A program made the position numbers and the translations under genes. This document shows, piece after piece, positions 23,147 through 34,397 of a stretch of 64,000 nt of DNA; position 1 is the stretch's first letter; every line of letters starts with the position of its first letter. Source of the DNA: Massalongia carnosa (lineage: Eukaryota); assembly GCA_965645245.1 (NCBI GenBank), contig OZ287075.1, positions 1,736,001-1,800,000 on the forward strand. The letters run 5' to 3'. The notes under the pieces were generated by a model that was not told where the DNA came from, did not search any database, and was given only the letters and a program-made list of their open reading frames with translations.

Positions 23147-23331
23147 TGTTATGGTCTACCTAGAACTAGTCTATAGGGACACTGGAAACGGAAACAATCA
23201 AGATGAAGAAGAAAAGAACAATCGAAAGACAAATCTCGCCTCTATATAGCTTGTTCCGCTTATGTCAGCCTAAACTCGAGCTCGAGGTCGATAGTCTAGT
23301 ACCGAAAGTAGTGTCGAGTAAAACCGTGACA
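23147..23331 (-). repeat. 5' LTR of the Ty3 element (185 bp)
   Basis: Direct repeat of 17638-17838 with two indels and a few substitutions. Confidence 0.95.
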
Positions 23332-24352
23332 GCTTGCATCCAAGGAACTCCTTACAGCTTATTTAGTCTTTTTATCTCCTCCAACTTGCTTCAAATCATC
23401 GCAAATCACACCAATCTGAAGGCAGATAGAGAGCGCGTTCAAGTAACCAAACATCAGAGACCATGGTATCCGACCAACCTTTCTGAAATTGGGGCCTTTT
23501 TAGGAATTTTTGCTTTATATGGGCTATGCTCCCATGCCTCGTATTCGTGATTTTTGGAACGTCAATCCTAAGCTTGCTATTCATTCTATCCTCAAATATA
23601 TGAGTCGTACTCGATGGGAGCAAATCAGACGATATTCAAAAATATCTAATCCTATCGAAGACGACAAGGTCAATACCCGGGGCCCTGATTCGTGGAAAAA
23701 ATTAGAACCTCTCATCACCGAATTTCGGGTTAACTCACAAAGATACTGGACTCCTGGTAGTCATGTCTCTGTTGATGAGCAGTTGATTATGTTCAAAGGG
23801 AGGAGTTGTCATACCATGTAAATAGCTACCAAAGCGGCTGGAGTAGGATTCAAACTGTATAGCTTATGTCAAGAGAATTATCTCTTTGACTTCTTTCTCA
23901 CGTCCAAGGTATGAAGTAGAATATCGATAAATTAGGTCCAAATAGCTAACTTCCTGCCTAGGTTACCAAGATTAGCGAGTTAAAAACAGCTAGACAACTG
24001 GGTTTTCCAGCCACAAAATGGAATTTAACTCCTTCATCTTTAGTTGTTATTCAACTTTGCAAAAGCCTTCCTCCAGCCAACAAATTCGTTGTTTGTCGAC
24101 AACTTTTTTACCAATACCAGATTATTCAAAGCTCTAAAGTCGATGAACATTGATTGGGGCGTGTGGGACGGCCAAAGCGGGAAGGGGTTTTCCTAATCAA
24201 CTACTACGAAATGCGTGTGGCCGCTACCAAACAAATGGATTGGGGGAAAATGGGACTGATGACAACCGAGTCTAGTAAGAAATTTGGTGTTGATGACGGA
24301 GACATTCTTTGTATGGCCTGGGTAGATCTCAATACCGTACAATATATGACTA

Positions 24353-27114
24353 CCGTATTATCTGGCAAATAAGACTCTAGTCTTATAGGGGGGTGGTCAA
24401 CCCGAGGGTCATTTGGAACGGGGTCTTATAAGCAGGGGGGTCTTATAAACAGGTATGATCTTATGAGGCAGTAGATCTTAGTAAGCAGTGGAAAAACACG
24501 AAGACGCGCATCAAGTTTGGCCCGCGTTGGAGGTATCTCAGTTACGTATCACTTCATCATTTTATCCACCTTTATCATCTTTTCATTGCTGTATTTCATG
24601 GCTCCCTCGCACGTCCAGAATCCTATGCAGGCTCAAAACCAGCCTCGTCCTGGGCCTAATTCAAAGTCCACCAGTCTTCGCAGCTTGCATTCAGCCCGAC
24701 TTCCCAAGAAAGCGTTTTTGCAGCCTTCAATTCCTAGCATGCCCGGTTGTTCCAATGATAATGCTTATCATTAAACAATTTCGTCTGCATCGAAAGGTGG
24801 GCGATCATCCTACACTTCGCGATATTTCTGACGACGAATATGATGCTCCTCGACATCGAATATCCTACACCAGAGAGCAGAAACTAGCTGCTATTAGCTA
24901 TGCTCAAACTACCTGGAAGTCTCGGAAGGATGGAAGTATGAAGCTTATCAGTAAATATGCTGCAGCCAACAATCTTGGAATTACTACCACGATGCTTAGA
25001 AAGTGGATCGAAAGTAGTTCGAGTATTGCCGCTCAACCTAAAGGTAAACGAAAAGACAGCAAAGCTATGGGTGTATGTAAAGAGCCTGAGCTTGAAAGGC
25101 GACTTTTGGAGTTATTCATGGAAGCCCGTAACACTGGACGTAAAATCAATAAACGTTGGTTTGTTCGTCAGGGTCGTCAGGTGTATGGTCACTTATCCTC
25201 ATCGAGTGACTAAGGCATCCAGAAGAATGACTGAGTATGCCGAGTTCAAATTCTCTAATGGTCGGTTTCGTGGATTCAGACGAAGGAGTGGTATAGCTGT
25301 CAGAAATCCTACCAAAAAAGCTCAGCAGGTGAATAATCAAATGTTAATTTTTTTGATATATTGAACTAACGGCATTCGGTTCATATCAGATTCCCGAGAA
25401 CTTTCGCGATATTATCCAGTTGTAGTTACAATTTAATCGTCGCAATTCTCAACAGCTTTTGGGTCAAATTCCTTTGCATGGAGGAGGAAGATTTCGTCTT
25501 TGCGATATCGGCAATATGGATCAGACTCCTATTGCTTACGAGTTCCTGCAGGGTCAATGCTACGATTTTAAAGGTGCCAAAATTGTAAGGATTAAAACCC
25601 ATCGGTCTGGATGGGACAAAAGACAAGCCACTTTGATGATTTATGTTTCTGCTGACGGCATTAATCGATGCAAACCTCTTCTCATATTTAAAGGCCAAGA
25701 TAGCACAAAATGCAGTCGAATCAAGAAGGAGATGACGCAGTACGACTCGGGAGTAGTAGTTCAATGGGATCCAAAGGCCTACTGCAATGGAAAAGTCATG
25801 TGTCGATGGCTAAAACAGCAGTATAAATACGCTACTCTAGGACTTCATAACGCTAATACACGGCGTTTTCTATCATTAGATGTGTTTGCGGGACAAAAAA
25901 CCGAAGAGGTAAATAACTGAGCATTTTGTTTTCAAGCTGCTCATGTTTGCTAACAAATTTTAGGTTAAACAAGCCTTTAAAGATTTAAACGTCACAGTAT
26001 CATTTATTCCTTCCGGCTGCACCGGGTTTATTCAAGTTCTAGACGTCGCCATTAATAAACCTTTGAAGAATCGAATATTGGAGCTAGCCGACATTCATTA
26101 CGATGAGCACTTCGAGAAATGGAATAAAGGCTCATACACGGTGGGTGATCGACGAATTATGCTAACAAAATGGGTGGGACAAGCGTGGAGGGAAATGCAC
26201 TTGGAGCATTCTTCTTTGATTTGTCAAACCTTTCGGTAATTCGCGGGCTCCATCGTGTCAGCTGAACATATACATAATTTCTATCTATGTTTGGGCAACT
26301 CTCCCCTCGCTGCTGCCCTGCTGGTGCTTAGTTTTGCTGAGGGCCTCTCCTATAATGGCTTTGTTTTGGCAGCAGTGAGGGGAAAAACTCCATCTACCTA
26401 TGCGGCTGATTCAGGGAGTGGGTGGGTGGGCAAAAGACCTTTTGGTGCTGAACTCCGAATCAATTGTGATGATGAGGAGAAGAGTGCCAAAATGTCACCT
26501 ATTTATGCCCTTTCTCTCCCTTGTTTGTCCAACTATTTTGGACATCATTCTCCTTTGTCCTTCGGCCTTTGTTGGCTGTTCGCGGCCTGCCTCCACTCGG
26601 TCCCAGCATTACCTTTCGCCTTAGCCGAATTACTAAAGTTGGGATTGTCTCTTGCTGTAGACGGGTCGGAGGATGATGAGTTGTCAGTTAAAGACATACC
26701 AGGCATAACGGTAGGCGATTGGAAGCTTTCTACCGTTCAGGAGGATATACAAGAGGTAGAGGAGCCTGATACAACCGATAATAGCGAGGAGGTGCAGAAG
26801 GATGACGAAATTGAAGGCGTCATTGAGGTTAGGGAGTATGTTTTGAGTGATGAATCTGGGGCCGTTTTGAATAGCGATACTGAGATGGATGTTGATGACG
26901 ATTGATTTGCAGGGGATTTTTACTGATGCTTAGAGAATTTTTACTACTGTTTTGCACAAAATTGCCCTATTGATGATTTGTCATCCCAAAATCTCGAAAT
27001 TATGGTCTTATAGTGCAGGACCCCCCTTATGTTCGGAAATAAGCAATTTGAACGGGGTCTTATATCCGGGAGGGTCTTACCCAAAAGCAGGGTCTTATTT
27101 GCCAGATAATACGG
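24353..27114 (+). mobile_element. pogo/Tigger-type (Tc1/mariner superfamily) transposon with an intron-containing, disrupted transposase
   Basis: Perfect 23-bp TIR CCGTATTATCTGGCAAATAAGAC flanked by TA, with subterminal GTCTTA repeats. HTH (SYTREQKL), NMDQTP, KPLLIFKG, LSLD and IPSGCTGFIQVLDVAINKPLK motifs. Introns at about 25329-25389 and 25909-25962. Confidence 0.93.
26236..26634. mobile_element. 399-bp unclassified insertion in the pogo transposase
   Basis: Removing it restores QTFR-KLGLSLAVDGSED. 8-bp inverted termini GTAATTCG/CGAATTAC; no TSD. Confidence 0.7.
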
Positions 27115-27116
27115 TA

Positions 27117-27240
27117 TCGGATTACTTGGTTTTTCTTCCTCAAAAGGTTTTCCATGTATTACATAATCCCATAGACTTGCCCGCATGGGTCGGCCTTCGG
27201 CCGGTACCACATCGGAATAAGAATTATCATCATCATCATA
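27117..27240 (+). mobile_element. Tad1-like LINE 3' UTR and tail fragment
   Basis: GGTTTT..AAAGGTTTTCC..CCCGCATGGGTCGGCCTTCGGCCGG..(CAT)n, as at 51.1, 54.1 and 59.3 kb. Confidence 0.88.
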
Positions 27241-27449
27241 AAGATATATGATCATTGTACTTTAACAATAACTCGGCCTCGAGTCAATAATCCATTTCTT
27301 GCTAAAATTAGTCATGATATGCATTTCCAGAAATTTTTGCATCGTAAATTATAGCCGTTAAACTTCTATTAAGCTTACTTATGTTCATGCAGCTTAGTTC
27401 CAGTGAGGGCAGCTTCAGAAGCAAACTGAATATGTTTTTCCGGTATGAG

Positions 27450-27853
27450 CAGTAATCACGTCCAAAGCATGTACTACAAACTTATCAGCTACAGAAAACT
27501 AATGCTTCGTTCTGCGAACACGAACAACTATTGCTATCGCCTACTCACCGAATTGCCGAAGAAAATCAAAGCACTAACCGCCTGGCTAATACATTCAGGA
27601 ATACTGACTCGATTCTCGTTGGCCGTTTAGTTATTACATTAACAACAATCTCTCTTTCCTTTTGCCACTGGTCCCATCATCACACTATTCTGACACGCCC
27701 TGGCCGCTCGCAAGGGTAACGCTGGAGCCCAGCGGAGTAAATGTTGTTTCCCCCTATTTGAAAGGTTTTCCATGTAGCCTAGACATGTAGAATTAGCCGG
27801 CATGGGCTAGCCTTCAGCCGATTCCACATTGGAGTAAGAATTCATCATCATCC
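27450..27853 (+). mobile_element. Degraded LINE 3' fragment (ORF2 C-terminus plus tail)
   Basis: KALTAWLIHSGILTRFSLA matches the ORF2 end (LTAWIIKANLLTQFSLA), followed by the same tail. The left boundary is approximate. Confidence 0.8.
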
Positions 27854-28174
27854 CATCCAAAGAATGCTCCGTTCCCAGTACCCATGCAGGCGCCAAGATG
27901 GAAACCAAGCTGAGAAAACAAATTTACTGCAAATAACAGCTTTAATCAGCACAAGCCTTTAGAAGGGAAATTGCAGGTTTCCGGGCAATCGCTCACTGAT
28001 AGCGCACCCTTCCATCTAAAAGGTTGTTGATAAGCTCCCTTGCCGGAGTAAGATTAATTCCAAATCACTGTCACCACCATCCTACCTTCAACCGCTTCGT
28101 CTGCTAGGGAGCAAATTTGAAGAGCTAGTGAACCATTCAATCCATTGCACAACGGCTTCAATCTTCGAGCGGTC

Positions 28175-28938
28175 TTAAAAGTCCTGTACTCCAGTTTGAC
28201 CTTTCAGCTCATGACCTTTACCTTCTCTTTCTTCTTCCCCGTCTTCGTTCTCCTCCATCCACCTTTCATCCTCCTCAAACCACCTCTCCTCCTCCTCCTT
28301 TGCTTCCTCCAAACCATCATCCTCATGTCCCGCGTCTACTTCTCCGTAATCAAAATCTTCGTCCCGTCCTGCCAGGAATCGTCTTTCCATCTCCTCTCTC
28401 CATATTTGCAAGCCCTCCTCTTTACTGCTTGGAAGTTCATAGATATCATCAAAATCGATGCCATCGTCTTCTCCTTGAGAATCCACACATGTACTGCCTA
28501 TGACACGGTCTTTCTTTATATTTGCTCTTTTGTTACTTGTTCTAGGCTTGTGAGTTCCCTTCCTTAGAGCTTCCATTTTGGCTTCAGATCTCCAAAGATC
28601 CGTCTCCAGCACCCCTGCATAGCCTTTCTTCTTTGCCTCAGCAGCACGCTCTGATGGCGTCTGAAAGCGACGGATCAACCGATCATGCAATAAAGGAGCT
28701 TCTAGGTCAAAGTGGTAGTCATCAATTAGCTCTTTCGGTACCTTCTTGGTGGATTTTGCATGGTGGGATTGGGAAGGCAAGTATGGAATAGAGTAAGCAG
28801 ACCTGCGAGTTCGAGAGCCGTGGAGGAGAAGTAGGTAGGGTGGGTATCTAGGTAGCGTTTCCGGCGGTTTTTGATCTTGACATGAAGGCTAGTTGCGGGA
28901 AAGTGCCTGAGGCCAGGGAATATTTCCGGAGAAGACAT
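28175..28938 (-). CDS. CCDC97: CCDC97/DUF2052-like protein; exons 28938-28803 and 28701(or 28698)-28175
   Basis: KIKNRRKRYL..HP.YFS...LELA / PLL.DRLIRRFQ..ER, then W..EMERRFLAG.DEDFDY..VD, EEERWF and the terminal GQTGVQDF. GT..CTAAT..AG intron with a NAGNAG acceptor. Confidence 0.88.
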
Positions 28939-29706
28939 TTTTAACAAATCTATAACCCATGGAATTAGATATTAAATGACAGGTGGGTCAGTGATGAAGG
29001 CCAGGAGCTTCAGATAACTTGGTATCCTTAACTTGGATTGCTTTACTCTCCACGCTCATAGCCAAAGGAAATGCTCTTAACCAATGTACAAGGAGAAATT
29101 GTAGTATCATAATCTCAGATAGTCTTTATTATTCTTTTCTAGTAACCTCACCTCTCTTAAATTCCGCTACTGTCAGGATAGTCGATAAAGCATTTGCTAC
29201 TCGGAAGATAATATGTGAGACATTCGATAACAAAACAATAAGCAGAGCCCTCAGCAGGATTGATCTTGCACGGGCCACAAACTAACGTTAAAGCACGGAC
29301 CTTGGAACTAAAAAACAAAGGAGACTCTACATCCAATCGTTACGCTTAGGGAAAGCAATGGAGGATAACATTCCGAAAACATCCTAAGCAAATAAACAGC
29401 TCCAAGCATTGAAAGCTAGTTTCCAAGCTCCGGAGTCCAACTGACGCGTGAGCAATGTCGCGTTCAAGTATTGATGAAAGCCCTAACCACACACCCACTT
29501 CAACGCCCCGTCCATGAACTATTATGTGGACTAGTCACATAGATACTCTCACTACTCCACTCATCTGTCCCATGCCCTCTTAACATATAAGATACTCGGC
29601 ATGCTGATCCTTTCTTGTCGTCCTCAATTACTTGATAGACTATCGCCCTTTCTATAGCTTCTACCGGGGGAAATAACAAGATTGAGATCTCCAGAGAAAG
29701 TTCGAG

Positions 29707-30323
29707 ATGCCATCGCATGATATTTTGCCAATTCGTGTGCAGGGGAAAGCTCATGACTGTGTACGAGCAGTTGCTAAATCCTAACTCTCCTTGTCACGAA
29801 AACTAACGCTATATACCCATAGCTTCAAGAGACTGAATTATGCAAGCTTCCTGTCGTCAAAGCTGATGAAACGCTAGTACCATCAACACCCACCAAGGTC
29901 CACCTCCAGCGTCTCCCACCAACCCCTACGGAAACACCTGGCGATAGAAAACGGTCTTTCTCAACCGCCCTTGATTGTTCTCCCTCCCTCCCCTGTCAAC
30001 GAGCCAGCAAACGTCGCGTTTCTCAAGCTCCATCGATACCCTTGAAGACCTCCTTTCGTAGCCCACTGACGCCTCGCTTCTCAATATTATATCAGCCCAG
30101 AAAAGATACGTCAATCCAAGATTACGTGTCTGCAATCGAGCTCAAGCGGGCTTCGGAGTCAATTTTGAAACAAGTAAACTGGGACGATGTGGCCAGCGAC
30201 GTAGCGAGCAATCGTTATGGGGCGTTTTATCGAAAGTTGATCAGGAGCTTGTTGCAGGAGAAGATTGATGAGAGTCTTGCAGAAAGGGCTTGTCGGGAGG
30301 ATGACGAGCAGCTTTGGGAGTGA
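29707..30323 (+). CDS. Hypothetical protein of about 184 aa, two exons (29707-29760, 29823-30323)
   Basis: Removing intron 29761-29822 (GTACGA..CTAAC..TAG) joins MPSHDILPIRVQGKAHDC in frame to a 167-codon open exon. That exon has a P/T-rich part, NLS-like RKR/KRRV, and a helical C-terminus ILKQVNWDDVA. Confidence 0.55.
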
Positions 30324-31484
30324 AAGAGATTAAATATCTTCCTCGGGTAAGAAATCGGCCAACTCAATAGCAATGACTTTCCCTTTGCTAATTGGTTAAG
30401 AAGGTCATTTAGCTGTTTCACATATATCCTGCAAACATGATACCATCGCCACCGAGAACTTAAGTCGCTGCAACAGAGTCCGACATCTAGCAATCCATAC
30501 TTCAGGACTTCAACTCCCAAGGTACCCATTAGCATTTGTTCTTAATTCTGCAGCACTGCCCTTTTTCCCCTGCGGCGCTCCAAAAGCATTTGATTCAACA
30601 GCACAATCAGAGCCCTAGGAGGATGTATGAGCTCTTTTCTGCAGTAGGCAAAGTCAGAAATTTTACATGGAAAAGCGCCCAACTCTACGATAGGTAATGC
30701 ATATGTGTAGAGAAGGCTACTTGCCTTTGGGCTTCCCTCAGGGGTTGCAAATGACACCGTTCTCAAAATAAACAACTTTCCCCCTTCTCCCTTGTCTGAT
30801 AGAAACTTGAAGTGCGTCGAACCTAAATACATGTGATTGCAAAAATCTTGGAAAATAAAAATTAAATGAAAAGGCCGTCAAATCTCATGTTCACTCCTTT
30901 TTGCACCAGCGCTACGACTAAAAAGACCAGTATCGTCAATTCATATGATTTATAAACTCAGCCGCGTACTCGCTTAAAAATGTAAAATTTTTTCGTTTTT
31001 GCTGTTGATTTTAAATTTTATGATTAGTAATCAATGATGCTAATTTAGCTGCCGCGTTTAGCGCTGGATGAGAACACGAGCACCAGTTGGGGTGAAGCAC
31101 CAGACATGGTGAAACCTTAGAATAGACTAGCGTCAAGTCTAACGTCTTCCTAAATATCGAAGAGAATTTCATCAAGAACTCAAACGCTCATTTTCAGATC
31201 GATCTCGTAAATGTCACGAATTTTTGGAGTTTAGAATAAAATCTCAGATGAAGATTTCAGAACACAAGTCTTATTGTTGAATATCCATTCCTACTAGCAC
31301 AATGAACACCTATCAGTACAATGAACATAGCACCTACGGCTGCCCTAGATTGGACAGATCATCTACGGAAACCGTAGATGCCGCATTAGGCTTAGTCCCA
31401 ATATAAGATAAGATCACCTCGCTTAGAATGGGGTGACCAGTAATAGGCACATAGGAAAAGATTTCTGCCTAGCAACTCTTCATC

Positions 31485-31536
31485 CTTAACATCACGGTCA
31501 TACAAACCTTTATTATTACATAGCCATATAGCCATA
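31485..31536 (+). mobile_element. Isolated LINE 5'-end (head) sequence
   Basis: TTAACATCACGGTCATAC..TTATTACATAGCCATATAGCCATA matches 47700-47754 and continues as TAGTCAT after the Fot1 element. Confidence 0.75.
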
Positions 31537-33015
31537 ACGTATAAGCCACCCATTCGGGCCAGCCACCCAATCGGGCCCCATCAAAAATATCCTGGCCACT
31601 ATCCCCTTCCACCAAAAGGAAAACAACATCACCACGATGCTTCTACCATCCCCAAAATTAACTAAAAATATCACTATCCATACGCATTTCTTTCCAGACG
31701 GCCTTTGCGAATTTCACTTTACCATTTAAAGCATTATATCGCTCCTTTTCTCTGGCTAATGCCTCCTCTTTTTGCTGTTTTTCTTCGATCTTAGCCAGCT
31801 CCTCACCCACAGTTAGCATCCTCACTTTATCACACCCCTTTCTAGACGCCTTTTGGCGTCGCTGAGCCTGTTTTTCAACTAGTTCCTGATTGAAATGCCG
31901 TAGAATAACTCTATCAGCCAAGGCATTCAATGCGGTTATTTGAAGCAATTCAACATGCGCGCGGAGAGATGGAGTTACACGGGTTAACAAGGCATCGCTA
32001 GCTACCTGAATGCGTTTGTTCGTTGTGAGGGTAGTGGTAACGATGTTGCGAGGTGAAGGAATGATAGATCTAGGCAGTTTGCCTAAATCATGCTCGGGAT
32101 TGTATGGAATAAGACCTACCCCCCGCCATGCATTCATGATATTGATGAGGTTGTTTCCCTCTTGACTATCACTTTAGAACTATCCGCAATGCCCATGGCA
32201 AAACCCTTTTCATCCATATTGTAAATATCTTCATCTGCGACTCCATAATTTGCTCGGGTGGTCATGTACAGTTCAAACCATTCCTTCAGGATTTTGGGAT
32301 TGTGACGAAGCGAAATAGTGAATAGATTTCTACCATTGCGCCACCTGTCCTCCCGACCAAAATGCACAATACTTAGTCCGCAGACCAACCTCTATTCTAC
32401 TATAACTGGGACTCCTGCTATGTTCGCTGTAGGTCCTGCCGTCCGCACCACGCATGGTCGAACCGTTACAGGGATGACTTGCGTCTTTTCTGGATTGATC
32501 CAAGTTTCTTTTAAATTTAGTTTTGAATTGGGGATGTCTATTCATGATAGTTTTATACCAATGATGTCCTAGGGGTTTTGAGTCCCCTTTTGCTTCCAGC
32601 AGACTTTTGGTCATGCCCTCAAGGTGTTGAATACTAGGTGGCCAGCCCCATGCAGTTATCCGATCTATCCACATGATCAAGCCCTGTTCTTCTTCTACTG
32701 ATAGTCTTTGAGTGGCCTCATGGGAGGTTTTTGCGTCACGTCTGCCTTGAAAACTGGCCTGTAAGGTCGATCGGGGAACTCTGTAAATGCGCGCTATCTC
32801 CCGCTGCGAAATGCCCGGGTTTTTGCGTATTTCTTCAATAGCCAAGTGTAATCTAGTAGCAGAGTCATGTACGGGTATATTTTTAGGCATTTTATATATA
32901 GTTTATCGATAAAGGAGTGATGGTGGTGGATTGGAAGGAAAAGATTAATATTCGGCTACTAGATTTTGAGGGGTGGCCCGATTGGGTGGCTGGCCCGAAT
33001 GGGTGGCTAAGACGT
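31537..33015 (-). mobile_element. Fot1/Pot2-like pogo transposon, internally deleted (non-autonomous)
   Basis: About 41-bp TIRs beginning ACGT (2 mismatches) with a TA TSD. HTH-psq and CENPB-type HTH, then IYNMDEKGFAMG, then a jump directly to AWRGVGLIPYNP, so most of the DDE domain is missing. Confidence 0.93.
32301..32470. mobile_element. Solo LTR (family 1) inside the Fot1-like transposase
   Basis: TG..CA termini and 5-bp TSD GGGAT. Removing it restores RKDASHPKILKEWF. Confidence 0.93.
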
Positions 33016-33166
33016 TAGTCATATACCTATTCAAACACTTATTGAGTTTAGCGAGTTTTCTTGGAGAGAGTTTGGGACACTGGGCTGTTTAATGGAGGAG
33101 AGTGAAAACCTCAAAACAGGCTAGTGTTAAACCTCTCAAAACCACTCACGAGTTCAAGAATATGTA

Positions 33167-34397
33167 GGCACGCGCGTGACAGAAACAGGCGGACACCAAA
33201 ATAAGCGAATATCATCAAATTTGAACTTACTACCATCTAGTCATCTTGCCATTCATGTCTAAAACATCATCTATTCTTTTAGGCATTGGTTCGATCCATT
33301 CATTGATCGTTTCCTGAGAAAGACTGACCCAACCCGCCTTAATTGCAGCTATTGTGGTGTCATCATCCCAATGAGGTTGACGACCTACCCGTTGTTTGGG
33401 CACCTGCCAGCAATTTTCGATAGGAGAGAGATCAGGAGAACGAGGGCAGTTGAAGTAGTATTTTAGCCCATGCTCGTCCTTCCCCGATCCATGTCCTGAA
33501 TCGCCATCTTCTTCCAACACGAAAATCGGGTCTGTTTCGAGCCATGTTTTTACTACCGGTTCCAGAACGAAGTCAATATACACCATCTGACTCATCTTTC
33601 CATTCGAATTGCCGGGAACCTCATAAAAAATCAGCTTTGATTTGAAGTTCCACCCCACAGCAGCCCAACAATGATATCGTTTCTGTTTTTTGTCCTTCTC
33701 TTCAGGCTCATGTTGTTCCTGAATGCAATCCTGACACGTACGCTCGCCAGGTTTTCGAATGATGCGTAGTCTTCGTTGAGGTCCTCGTCCGAAATGAACT
33801 TCATCGGAAAAGCGAACTCTTTTCCAATCATTCAACGAGTATGTGTTTCGTTTGTTCCAAGCCCAGTCCTTTCGTGCAATCATCAAATCTTTCGGGACGT
33901 AGGTTTTTGTGCGTGCGAGACATTTACGATAGTTTCGTTCATGCATCGCTCGTTGTATAGTACGCCAGGAGACGGAGGAAGTCTCAGCAGCTGCACCCAG
34001 TTGATTCCAGGTCAGTGATCTTCCCTCCAAGCCAGGTTTGCAATATTTCATCCATACGATCTACCTGCTTCTTTGACAATTTGCGAGGCTGACCACGAGT
34101 CTCCGATTTGTTTGTATGATCATGCCGTCGATTAGTTTCTTGATCGTTGAGTATTTCATAACCTCGAGTATGTCCCACGCCGAAAAACTCGAAAACCTCT
34201 CGCTTTGAACGCAAAATCCCTTTCGCCTTGGTAGGAGTGGTATGCTCAGTATTTATAGTGATTCGTGACTCTAGAACAGGCTCCATTGCTTATAAAGAAT
34301 TGATAAATGTGTGTATGTACGATGTAAAAATTAAAAAACTAAGGTGTGGGTGGTGCGGGGAAATTTTGGTGTCCGCCTGTTTCTGTCACGCGCGTGG
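33167..34397 (-). mobile_element. Tc1-family transposon with a frameshifted transposase (34286-33230)
   Basis: Perfect 34-bp inverted repeat at 33169-33202 and 34363-34396, with TA flanks. RGQPRKL, VRFSDE, EEDGDSGHG and SPDLSPIENCW motifs; frameshift near 34040. Confidence 0.93.

Larger units (their letters stand above)
17638..23331 (-). mobile_element. Full-length Ty3/Gypsy chromovirus LTR retrotransposon (5.7 kb)
   Basis: Two TG..CA LTRs, 5-bp TSD GCTTG (17633-17637 and 23332-23336), PPT AAAGCAGGGGTAG next to the 3' LTR, and gag-PR-RT-RH-IN-chromodomain order. Confidence 0.97.
17322..24352 (+). mobile_element. piggyBac-superfamily transposon (pseudogenised), interrupted by Ty3 and truncated by pogo
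   Basis: CCCTT 5' end. Transposase motifs PYSLFSLF, W.PT...EI..FLG, MSRTRWEQI, VSVDEQLIMFKGRS, GFKLY and DNFFT occur in 17466-17637 plus 23337-24352. Intron 23909-23961 (GTATGA..GCTAAC..TAG). Confidence 0.88.

Noticed and set aside
26236..26638. The insertion read as a GT..AG intron
   Set aside because: Splicing at the nearest AG (26638) does not restore the transposase frame.
26255..26905. 216-aa ORF that looks like a membrane protein
   Set aside because: Chimera of the 399-bp insertion and the pogo transposase C-terminus.
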